DNA from: Nemertoderma westbladi | Lineage: Eukaryota > Animalia > Xenacoelomorpha | Assembly (NCBI GenBank): GCA_032718475.1 | Contig: JAUCBJ010005423.1 | Coordinates: 1 to 64,000, forward strand | Direction: 5' to 3' | Length of the DNA: 64,000 nt | In this document: one piece after another, positions 30,001 through 42,145 of the stretch | How positions within the stretch are numbered: position 1 is the stretch's first letter | Layout: each line of letters starts with the position of its first letter | Made by a program: the position numbers and the translations under genes | Notes under the pieces: generated by a model | Seen by the model: the letters and a program-made list of their open reading frames with translations, nothing else | The model's database searches: none | Told to the model about the DNA's origin: nothing

Positions 30001-33000
30001 GTTAATTAATATTCCTTGTATAACTTACATCGATGTCTGTTAATTAATATTCCTTGTATAACTTACATCGATGTCTGTTAATTAATATTCCTTGTATAAC
30101 TTACATCGATGTCTGTTAATTAATATTCCTTGTATAACTTACATCGATGTCTGTTAATTAATATTCCTTGTATAACTTACATCGATGTCTGTTAATTAAT
30201 ATTCCTTGTATAACTTACATCGATGTCTGTTAATTAATATTCCTTGTATAACTTACATCGATGTCTGTTAATTAATATTCCTTGTATAACTTACATCGAT
30301 GTCTGTTAATTAATATTCCTTGTATAACTTACATCGATGTCTGTTAATTAATATTCCTTGTATAACTTACATCGATGTCTGTTAATTAATATTCCTTGTA
30401 TAACTTACATCGATGTCTGTTAATTAATATTCCTTGTATAACTTACATCGATGTCTGTTAATTAATATTCCTTGTATAACTTACATCGATGTCTGTTAAT
30501 TAATATTCCTTGTATAACTTACATCGATGTCTGTTAATTAATATTCCTTGTATAACTTACATCGATGTCTGTTAATTAATATTCCTTGTATAACTTACAT
30601 CGATGTCTGTTAATTAATATTCCTTGTATAACTTACATCGATGTCTGTTAATTAATATTCCTTGTATAACTTACATCGATGTCTGTTAATTAATATTCCT
30701 TGTATAACTTACATCGATGTCTGTTAATTAATATTCCTTGTATAACTTACATCGATGTCTGTTAATTAATATTCCTTGTATAACTTACATCGATGTCTGT
30801 TAATTAATATTCCTTGTATAACTTACATCGATGTCTGTTAATTAATATTCCTTGTATAACTTACATCGATGTCTGTTAATTAATATTCCTTGTATAACTT
30901 ACATCGATGTCTGTTAATTAATATTCCTTGTATAACTTACATCGATGTCTGTTAATTAATATTCCTTGTATAACTTACATCGATGTCTGTTAATTAATAT
31001 TCCTTGTATAACTTACATCGATGTCTGTTAATTAATATTCCTTGTATAACTTACATCGATGTCTGTTAATTAATATTCCTTGTATAACTTACATCGATTC
31101 TGTTAATTAATATTCCTTGTATAACTTACATCGATGTCTGTTAATTAATATTCCTTGTATAACTTACATCGATGTCTGTTAATTAATATTCCTTGTATAA
31201 CTTACATCGATGTCTGTTAATTAATATTCCTTGTATAACTTACATCGATGTCTGTTAATTAATATTCCTTGTATAACTTACATCGATGTCTGTTAATTAA
31301 TATTCCTTGTATAACTTACGTCTGTTAATTAATATTCCTTGTATAACTTACATCGATGTCTGTTAATTAATATTCCTTGTATAACTTACATCGATGTCTG
31401 TTAATTAATATTCCTTGTATAACTTACTCGATGTCTGTTAATTAATATTCCTTGTATAACTTACATCGATGTCTGTTAATTAATATTCCTTGTATAACTT
31501 ACATCAATATCTGTTAATTAATATTCCTTGTATAACTTACATCGATGTCTGTTAATTAATATTCCTTGTATAACTTACTCGAGTCTGTTAATTAATATTC
31601 CTTGTATAACTTACATCGATGTCTGTTAATTAATATTCCTTGTATAACTTACATCGATGTCTGTTAATTAATATTCCTTGTATAACTTACATCGATGTCT
31701 GTTAATTAATATTCCTTGTATAACTTACGTCTGTTAATTAATATTCCTTGTATAACTTACATCGATGTCTGTTAATTAATATTCCTTGTATAACTTACAT
31801 CGATGTCTGTTAATTAATATTCCTTGTATAACTTACATCGATGTCTGTTAATTAATATTCCTTGTATAACTTACATCGATGTCTGTTAATTAATATTCCT
31901 TGTATAACTTACATCGATGTCTGTTAATTAATATTCCTTGTATAACTTACTCGATGTCTGTTAATTAATATTCCTTGTATAACTTACTCGATGTCTGTTA
32001 ATTAATATTCCTTGTATAACTTACATCGATGTCTGTTAATTAATATTCCTTGTATAACTTACATCGATGTCTGTTAATTAATATTCCTTGTATAACTTAC
32101 ATCGATGTCTGTTAATTAATATTCCTTGTATAACTTACATCGATGTCTGTTAATTAATATTCCTTGTATAACTTACATCGATGTCTGTTAATTAATATTC
32201 CTTGTATAACTTACATCGATGTCTGTTAATTAATATTCCTTGTATAACTTACATCGATGTCTGTTAATTAATATTCCTTGTATAACTTACATCGATGTCT
32301 GTTAATTAATATTCCTTGTATAACTTACATCGATGTCTGTTAATTAATATTCCTTGTATAACTTACATCGATGTCTGTTAATTAATATTCCTTGTATAAC
32401 TTACATCGATGTCTGTTAATTAATATTCCTTGTATAACTTACCGTCTGTTAATTAATATTCCTTGTATAACTTACATCGATGTCTGTTAATTAATATTCC
32501 TTGTATAACTTACATCGATGTCTGTTAATTAATATTCCTTGTATAACTTACATCGATGTCTGTTAATTAATATTCCTTGTATAACTTACATCGATGTCTG
32601 TTAATTAATATTCCTTGTATAACTTACATCGATGTCTGTTAATTAATATTCCTTGTATAACTTACATCGATGTCTGTTAATTAATATTCCTTGTATAACT
32701 TACATCGATGTCTGTTAATTAATATTCCTTGTATAACTTACATCGATGTCTGTTAATTAATATTCCTTGTATAACTTACATCGATGTCTGTTAATTAATA
32801 TTCCTTGTATAACTTACATCGATGTCTGTTAATTAATATTCCTTGTATAACTTACATCGATGTCTGTTAATTAATATTCCTTGTATAACTTCATCGTCTG
32901 TTAATTAATATTCCTTGTATAACTTACATCGATGTCTGTTAATTAATATTCCTTGTATAACTTACATCGATGTCTGTTAATTAATATTCCTTGTATAACT

Positions 33001-35290
33001 TACACGTCTGTTAATTAATATTCCTTGTATAACTTACATCGATGTCTGTTAATTAATATTCCTTGTATAACTTACATCGATGTCTGTTAATTAATATTCC
33101 TTGTATAACTTACATCGATGTCTGTTAATTAATATTCCTTGTATAACTTACATCGATGTCTGTTAATTAATATTCCTTGTATAACTTACATCGATGTCTG
33201 TTAATTAATATTCCTTGTATAACTTACATCGATGTCTGTTAATTAATATTCCTTGTATAACTTACATCGATGTCTGTTAATTAATATTCCTTGTATAACT
33301 TACATCGATGTCTGTTAATTAATATTCCTTGTATAACTTACATCGATGTCTGTTAATTAATATTCCTTGTATAACTTACATCGATGTCTGTTAATTAATA
33401 TTCCTTGTATAACTTACATCGATGTCTGTTAATTAATATTCCTTGTATAACTTACATCGATGTCTGTTAATTAATATTCCTTGTATAACTTACATCGATG
33501 TCTGTTAATTAATATTCCTTGTATAACTTACATCGATGTCTGTTAATTAATATTCCTTGTATAACTTACATCGATGTCTGTTAATTAATATTCCTTGTAT
33601 AACTTACATCGATGTCTGTTAATTAATATTCCTTGTATAACTTACATCGATGTCTGTTAATTAATATTCCTTGTATAACTTACGTCTGTTAATTAATATT
33701 CCTTGTATAACTTACATCGATGTCTGTTAATTAATATTCCTTGTATAACTTACATCGATGTCTGTTAATTAATATTCCTTGTATAACTTACATCGATGTC
33801 TGTTAATTAATATTCCTTGTATAACTTACATCGATGTCTGTTAATTAATATTCCTTGTATAACTTACATCGATGTCTGTTAATTAATATTCCTTGTATAA
33901 CTTACATCGATGTCTGTTAATTAATATTCCTTGTATAACTTACATCGATGTCTGTTAATTAATATTCCTTGTATAACTTACATCGATGTCTGTTAATTAA
34001 TATTCCTTGTATAACTTACATCGATGTCTGTTAATTAATATTCCTTGTATAACTTACATCGATGTCTGTTAATTAATATTCCTTGTATAACTTACGTCTG
34101 TTAATTAATATTCCTTGTATAACTTACATCGATGTCTGTTAATTAATATTCCTTGTATAACTTACATCGATGTCTGTTAATTAATATTCCTTGTATAACT
34201 TACATCGATGTCTGTTAATTAATATTCCTTGTATAACTTACATCGATGTCTGTTAATTAATATTCCTTGTATAACTTACGTCTGTTAATTAATATTCCTT
34301 GTATAACTTACATCGATGTCTGTTAATTAATATTCCTTGTATAACTTACATCATTCTGTTAATTAATATTCCTTGTATAACTTACATCGATGTCTGTTAA
34401 TTAATATTCCTTGTATAACTTACTCGATGTCTGTTAATTAATATTCCTTGTATAACTTACATCGATGTCTGTTAATTAATATTCCTTGTATAACTTACAT
34501 CGATGTCTGTTAATTAATATTCCTTGTATAACTTACATCGATGTCTGTTAATTAATATTCCTTGTATAACTTACATCGATTCTGTTAATTAATATTCCTT
34601 GTATAACTTACATCGATGTCTGTTAATTAATATTCCTTGTATAACTTACATCGATGTCTGTTAATTAATATTCCTTGTATAACTTACATCGATGTCTGTT
34701 AATTAATATTCCTTGTATAACTTACGTCTGTTAATTAATATTCCTTGTATAACTTACATCGATGTCTGTTAATTAATATTCCTTGTATAACTTACATCGA
34801 TGTCTGTTAATTAATATTCCTTGTATAACTTACGTCTGTTAATTAATATTCCTTGTATAACTTACATCGATGTCTGTTAATTAATATTCCTTGTATAACT
34901 TACATCGATATCTGTTAATTAATATTCCTTGTATAACTTACATCGATGTCTGTTAATTAATATTCCTTGTATAACTTACGTCTGTTAATTAATATTCCTT
35001 GTATAACTTACATCGATGTCTGTTAATTAATATTCCTTGTATAACTTACATCGATGTCTGTTAATTAATATTCCTTGTATAACTTACATCGATGTCTGTT
35101 AATTAATATTCCTTGTATAACTTACATCGATGTCTGTTAATTAATATTCCTTGTATAACTTACATCGATGTCTGTTAATTAATATTCCTTGTATAACTTA
35201 CATCGATGTCTGTTAATTAATATTCCTTGTATAACTTACATCGATGTCTGTTAATTAATATTCCTTGTATAACTTACATCGATGTCTGTT
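95..35290. repeat. 38-bp satellite array, ~35.2 kb; consensus TAACTTACATCGATGTCTGTTAATTAATATTCCTTGTA, with frequent 32-bp variants
   Basis: Uninterrupted head-to-tail repeats. The period is confirmed by identical line phase every 1140 bp (30 x 38) in the homogeneous core. The 32-bp units lack ATCGAT or GATGTC. The monomer contains the palindromes ACATCGATGT, TTAATTAA and AATATT. Confidence 0.99.
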
Positions 35291-35330
35291 CTCTCTGTCT
35301 GTCAGTCTGTCCGTCAATCAGTTTATCGAT
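35291..35330 (+). repeat. Degenerate GTCY microsatellite at the array's right junction
   Basis: The last monomer GATGTCTGTT runs into CTCTCTGTCTGTCAGTCTGTCCGTCAATCA. Confidence 0.6.
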
Positions 35331-36619
35331 GAAAATATATATTCAATATTCATATAATTTAATATAATTTTTATATTTTTATTAATATAATATCATTGAA
35401 TTTTATATTCTGTTTTAGAACAAAATGAAGTTACTAAAATAGTTAGATCATAAAAATTACCAAAAAGACATTATTTCTTCATTAAATTAATATAAATTTT
35501 GATTTTTTATGCAATAAATGTAGTAGTAAAATCGTCATATCTTAAAACTAATCAAGCTGAGAAGTAATAACTTTCATATTCGGAATCGCCATTAAATTAT
35601 ACTTAAAATTCGCACAAATTTTGTTTTCCAAAAAAAGGTGAAACCCCCCCCCCCCCCCTCCCTTCCCTGCAGACACAACTGGGCTGGTGTCTGTGCAATT
35701 CCAATACTAAGTTTGACAAACTGAAACTTAATATTTTATAAAATCAAAATCTATCCGCTTTATCAGATCATAATCCATTGTCTATTTCGTATAAAATTGA
35801 AGCAAATGGAAGTCTCTTTACGAAGTTATCCGGTGTAATAAACCTTAACAACAATGAACCTTGTAACCATAGCAAACCGCCTAGCTTCCCTCACACAGTA
35901 ATGGATATAGTAGCAATACAGAAAACTCCACAACTAATCTACATTCAATATCTGAGCCATGACATCCACTACTCTAGTAAATGCACTGCATCCGGGCATA
36001 AAATTGTTTTAGATTCCCAGTTTAACGCACTCAATACAATAGTACAGATAAAAACAAATACCTTAGTAACTGATCAATCAACAAACTCAAAACTTGTACT
36101 GAATGTTTATAGGAACAAGACTCAATAATTTTTTGGAACAAGATAGATTATGAGGGCAAGTTATGTCAATCCACTGCAAATTCGTTTCCTCTGCATCGCC
36201 GGTAACCGCAAATAAACTAGCAGTGTACATCGATAATAAAGAATGCGACTTTGATAACATTACATCCCTCCCGAATGGCGATCTTTACCGCGATATATCA
36301 GAGTAAGATATATCAGAAGCAGCAAAAAGTGGGGTGGGGGTTGGGCTGGGGTACCAACGTGTTGTATTCAGCCAACGTGCGGAATGCCAAATAGCAACCA
36401 AAATGTGTCCCTCTAGCGCGAGTGCACTACTAGGCCCATAATATTTATCCAATTTTTTTGAAACCTTTCTGCTTTCTGTAGGTACCCTTCTAACCATCGC
36501 AAAGCAACGCAAACACGCCTTACATGTAATACTAAACGATTTTTTCTTCCGTGTTTGACTGAAAGGTTTCCGTCATCGGGTATTTTCAATCTGCAGCCTT
36601 TCCAGACATAATGGCAGAA

Positions 36620-39454
36620 CATGACCTACTGTACTATAGATATGTACGACCCGCCAAGCTGCTGCAAAGCCCCTAAATTTAGTGGGCCAGTTATTTATCT
36701 TATATAGAACCCCTGAAACAATAGGTCTAGCGGGTCGAAAGTACTTGTCCCTAACTAAAATTATATTATAATATATTAAATTATAATATATTAAATTATA
36801 TTCTCTTTCAGATGAGACAAATAAAAATTGAATAGCTCTAGTAGTTTTCGAGATATGAGGATTCCCTGGCACCCATACCATATCAACACCTTTCGAAATT
36901 GATAAAAATTACACAAAATACAACATCCTTCAAAGACTTACGTATAACCATTAAACGACACTATGCTTATTTTGTTTGTTGAATTCATTATTAGTAATCG
37001 AAAGCAAGATTAAAAGCAAAATTTTCATTTTTTTTTGTAATAGAAACTAAAAGAGCACCAAAAGTGCAAGTAGCACTTTTTTCAAAAGAGTTAAAATTGC
37101 CCTACAGTTTGGCTACTGAGATTTTAGAATCCTCTACTGTACATCAAACATATCGAAGAGTTGTGTAATGTAACAATATAGGCATGTTGTTTTTATGTTA
37201 GTTATTAGTCAGTTATTTGTGTCACGAAAAAAAAACAAATAGTGGAAATATGATAATGAAAAATCACCTCGAAATCAAATTGATTTTATGACCATATGTT
37301 TTTTGGGATGCTGATCACGAATATAACACTTGAAAAACATCATACCTTATTGATTACGGCTTTTTTTGACACGCGTCAATGTGATGTACAAAAAATACAC
37401 AAGTAACACAAATTTTATAATACCAGTACCAGTATAGATAGATTATCGCACCAAGAGGCGCGCGGCGCCAGTCTAGCTGGCATTTATTTCTTAAGATTTC
37501 AGATAAAACGTTACACATAGCATAACTAAAAATCAAATCATCTTATAATATTATCCTCCAAGAGCTTCCAGGTAATTTTTATAATGTTTTTATAGCTTCA
37601 GAATTACCCAACCAAAGGCACAATTTAACCGTTGGAAATTTTTGCTACTTCTACTTTTCGTTCTGGTGCACCAGAATGGCACCAAAAATGATGTTTCGTT
37701 TGCATTTACAGAATTTTTTAAACCAGTTTTCATCGTGATCAGCGACCCTGAAAACTGTATGTCTTCAGAATTATCAAACCAAACACAAAAAAATGTTTTA
37801 GTTTGACAATTTTTGCTTATACTTTTCGATCTGTTTTTCCAAAATATAACAAAAAATTATGATTGCTTTGCTAGAAAATATTTTTAACAAGTTTTATAGT
37901 GATCATCGACCTCGAAAACCCTTGAAAACGTGAGCCAAGATCTAAACAATTTCTAAATAATTTATCTCAGCATATCTATTATGTATCAATAACCATTGTC
38001 TATTAAATCCAAGACAGTAAGAAGCGAACACTGTTAAGGTGGTAACGCATATTGTCTTACTAGAGATCTTCCGAAACGGCCGATATGTCTTCGGGGGATT
38101 CAGGTAGGAGTCCCGCTGGTTTAGGCAGGAGAATAAACCTAGCTTGATTCTGTGATGGTTCTTAAAGAATAACCGGCCCCTCCAACCCCAAGTCCAGCAG
38201 TAGCTTCATCTCTACATCAGATAAAAAAAAACGAATTTTACTCTCCTTCACGAATTTCGATGGACGATGGGTGGGTATTTTACTTTTTACTGGAGGTCTT
38301 CGAGGAGTTTGAGGCAATCTGCCCATTGAAGTCGGAACAGATTCCGGGTGAATCGTTGAACATGGACAGCATCTTTTGATAAAGATGGCCGCTGTTAGTT
38401 TACTGAATATATCGCCCGTCGAATGTAGAAATGTTAAAGGCCCTGGTGTCATCTGTTCTGTAGAAGAGCCCTGACGAGTCGAACGAACTAAATATGTGAA
38501 ACTGTATACCGAGCGCGCGAGCGGCATCTATACACACATCACTTTCCAACTATAACTGCTACTGCCTGCATACAGATACTATAGATACACAGATACTATG
38601 TCCAGACCAAGATTAATTAGGCTAAGCCCCCCGTGGCCGTGGCCGTGGCTGCCAGCCCGTGTAGGTAGAGGTGATACAGTAATAACTATTCAAATAAACA
38701 CAGGTACAGACGTAATCAAGTAATGTAATAATGATAATGATAATGATAAGGCATTGATGCCTTATCTAACAGCATAATGCTGTCAGCAGTAACGGAATAC
38801 AGTGACGCAGTACAGTGCGACATGCACATACCACATACAGAATAATACACTACATTACCGGACCAGTACCAGAGTACTGCAGTACTGAAATAGAAGTGCA
38901 CTGGCAGAATGGCTGGCACTTAGAATTTTTGAAAATACCACAATTTTATAAACCAAGCCAATGAATTCAGCAATTTTAAAACCTCTCAGTAGTCAAACTA
39001 TACGGCCAAATTACCACTTTTGGCTATTTGAAAAGTTCGAGCTACTTGTAATTTTGGTGCTCTTTTGGTGTCTATTAAAAAATTAACAATGAAGATTTTA
39101 TTCTAATTTCGCTTTCGATTACTAATAATGAATTCGACTAAACAAAAAAACATAGTGGATTAATGGTTATACCAAAGTCTTGAAGGGTGATGTATTTTGT
39201 GTAATTTTATCAATTCCGTAAGGTGTTCGATATGGTATGGGTGCCAGGAACTCCTCATATCTCGAAAACTACTGGAGCTATTAAATTTTTATTTGTCTCA
39301 TCTGAAAGAGGACATAATTTTAGTTCGGGCCAAGTTCTTTCGACGTGCTAGACATGTTGTTTCAGGGATTCTATCTAAGATAAGTAACTGGCCCACTAAA
39401 TTTAGGGGCTTTGCAGCATCTTGGCGGGTCGTATCTATAGTACAGTAGGTCATG
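36620..39454. mobile_element. Non-autonomous foldback DNA transposon with ~0.5-kb TIRs, P/Galileo-like
   Basis: 36620-~37120 is a diverged inverted copy of ~38980-39454 (CATGACCTACTGTACTATAGA ... TCTATAGTACAGTAGGTCATG). The 7-bp flanks GGCAGAA and GGCAAAA differ at one base. ORFs 36573-36881(-) and 39197-39448(+) are the same TIR read on opposite strands. Confidence 0.8.
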
Positions 39455-39804
39455 GGCAAAAGTTATGGATCTTATACAATTTAGTTGTAGTATTTATTAT
39501 ATAGGCCTAAAAGCGAATTAAATACACATTTAGTACTCCTTATTGTTGTATTTTTATAATCATTTGTATTTTTGAATTATAAGTCGTTGGTTCCATTGCG
39601 AAACCACCTACCTATACGCCATTTTTGCCTAAATTAAGCAGCATTTTGTTAATGGTAAAATGTTTTCTGAATCCGATACCAACTCATTTAAAAGGCCATA
39701 CTCTCACGTGTAGAGATATTCGTTTCAAAACTACCTATAAGCCAGTTTTAAATAGAACGCATGCTAGAAGAAATCTTTTTAAAACAACCTATATAACATA
39801 TTTT

Positions 39805-40518
39805 ACTATTACGCACCATGACCCGTAATATAGTGTCATTTTCTGATGATACGACAAATTTTTCTTCGAATCTTTATCATATTGCTTGAAGTTTGAAAAA
39901 CAACTATAGTTCAACTTCATGGCAGGTTGATACCATGAAGCCGGAATTTTCGATTTCGCCTTAAAATTTTTTTTATAAGCGTTTTAAAAAAATATCTTGC
40001 AAAATCAGCCAATAGATGTGTTAGTTATCAATTTTGACAAAAAAAAAATAAATACAAAAATTATTATTAATTATTACTAATTATTATTCTATTAAATAAA
40101 TACACAAAATTCTAAAACCTGTTGGTTGGCCACAGTGGTTATACCGATACAATATCTATATTGCGTAGCTAACAATACATAAACAAATTGTTCCAGAATA
40201 TTGTGTATTTATTAATTAGAATAAATTTCCTTCAGCGAACAGAACAATAATTCTTGCAATCTTTAAACAGAATTTTTAAATTCAGATACAGTGGCAATGA
40301 TACGGACGGTGCGATTTTGCAAGATATTTTTTTAAAACGCTTATAAAAAAATTTTTAAGGCGAAATCGAAAATTCCGGCTTCATGGTATCAAGATCAACC
40401 ACGGTAAGTTGAACTATAGTTGTTTTTCAAACTTCAAGCAATATGATAAAGATTCGAAGACAAATTTGTCGTATCATCAGAAAATGACACTATATTACGG
40501 GTCATGGTGCGTAATAGT
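39805..40518. mobile_element. MITE with ~200-bp near-identical TIRs (ACTATTACGCACCATGACCCG...), possibly piggyBac-type
   Basis: 39805-~40006 is the reverse complement of ~40313-40518. A related end at ~44093-44145 finishes in ATAATAGGGTAA, similar to the CCCTATTA/TTAA termini of the element at 59491. No clear TSD. Confidence 0.8.
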
Positions 40519-42145
40519 CCCATCCATCGTCAGCCCGCTCCTGGAAAATATCTGCCATTGTGTGGACAGCTGCCTCGACTCCTGCCAGCAGAGAGTTGTT
40601 CAGCACCACACGTCGTAGTCACATCGTCGCCTGTTGCTTGTGCCATGGCGCGAGCCACGATCCGACGGAGGCACTCGCCTATCCCAATTGGTCGTACCCC
40701 GGGACATTTATCGAGAGCAATGAGCCAGCTGGACAAGAAAGCCCGCGTTGACTCCCATGGTAGAATGGTGTTCGCCATGCTGTGAGTGATTCCATCAATG
40801 CCCTCGCGGAGGCGCTCACTGTGAGCCCCAAATCTAAGCAGGTAATCCTGCCAGCGTGTGGAATCAGATCTGGCAGGTCCTGCTCCTCCGTGGAGATGAT
40901 GGATAGCAGATTCTATGTGGGCTCCAGTTATATCAACCTTGATACGTACTGGAAAGTCGCCATCAAGGTCCAACAGAGACTCTGCGGGGGGTGGTGCTGC
41001 CAAGGGGTGCTTGCTTCGTAGCACTTCAAGAACACTTACTTTGCAGCCACCTTTGTCAACTTCGTTGCTGGGATCCATGACACTGCCCGACTCCTGGCCC
41101 GTCACCGCGAGTGAACACATGGATGGTGTGTTCTCTAGCATCAGCTGGCTGGCGTCGACCGACCCTCTTCCCAGGGCCAAACTTCAGGGAGCAGCGTTCC
41201 ACCTCCTGGAGGAGGGCTTCCAGTTGCCCCGATTGCCACAGACCGATTCTGCGGGTGAGGAGGCGGCGGATGTTGGCACCTTTAATTACCTTTGGGTCAC
41301 GGTGGAGGAGAAGTGAGTCCGCAAGCAGGATTCTCTCAGACCGGGCATTGGCCGCATTATGTTGTAGTGCAGATACGAAGGTCGTCGTTTCCGAAGCCAA
41401 CAGCGCCACAACATCATGCCCAACAGCGCCACCTGGTAATCGGTATTTAGAACCGTTCAACTGTGTAGCGCGTCTCCATTGGTGTAGAAGGATGTCTGGG
41501 GCAGCCCCTTTACAAACCAAAGTGGCCACTTAGGCTCTTGTCATTAAATCCTGGGGGTCGGGAATCGAGTGGGCCAACTTCGGCATGTCTCATGAACGTC
41601 CAAACATTGTTGTGGATTGAACTGTGGGGGCGTCCGTGGGGTGGCATGGGAAACGAGGACTGCCGAGCATTGCAGTTATTGGTCGGGATTGGGATGGGTT
41701 GTCGGGATTATCGACAGACTGGTCAGCGCCCTTCTCTGCATCTGTTGGCGTAGGTACCAAAGTCTCACTTAGTGAGTTGAATGAAGTTTGGCTCTCTGAG
41801 AGCCCGGGATCCATGATATTGAATGTGTCATTTGGGGTGGAAAAGTTTATTGGGATGGGCGGTTGGGACTGAGTTGATTGCGTACGGGTATTGGGACTCG
41901 GGCTTGTAAATTGGTTCTTGCATCCTCCTGCAAGGAACTGCGTGCAGCTAATACAGGGACGCCGCGCTTTGTTACACCCGCATCATAGCGAGTAATGCCA
42001 CATTGGCAGCACCGCTGCGATCCCTGCTGCATTTCTCTTCAAATTCCAATCAAACGTCAGAAACAGGCAAATAATTAATAATTGTTAACACTTTAACTTC
42101 GTTGAGTAATTTACGATCTCTTCTTCTATTTGGTAATAACCACAT
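40519..42145 (-). mobile_element. Inverted 5' half of a CRE-clade (RLE-type) non-LTR retrotransposon: 5' UTR, Cys-rich N-terminus and first RT subdomains (frameshifted)
   Basis: Minus strand from ATG at 42032: MQQGSQRCCQC...(frameshift)CNKARRPCISC...GGCKN, then SERILLADSLLLHRDPKVIKGANIRRLLTRRIGLW, SVLEVLRSKHP, LIALDKCPGVRPIGIGECLRRI and AGVEAAVHTMADIF...ADDGW. These motifs are typical of animal CRE elements. The junction position is approximate. Confidence 0.85.

Noticed and set aside
95-35290. CRISPR-like array (constant repeat plus variable insert)
   Set aside because: The variable part is only 3-9 bp drawn from a few recurring alleles, with no unique spacers and no cas genes, and the context is eukaryotic.
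95-35290. Telomeric repeat or coding repeat
   Set aside because: No G-rich telomere motif, non-satellite DNA on both sides, and abundant TAA stops on both strands.
35778-36128. 116-aa ORF as a gene
   Set aside because: TTG start, no recognisable motif or splice context; consistent with a chance ORF.
38162-38550. THAP/transposase remnant inside the foldback element (GIQFHIF, ESVPT...RRPP)
   Set aside because: The motifs are in different frames and the C2CH ligands cannot be placed; too weak without a profile search.
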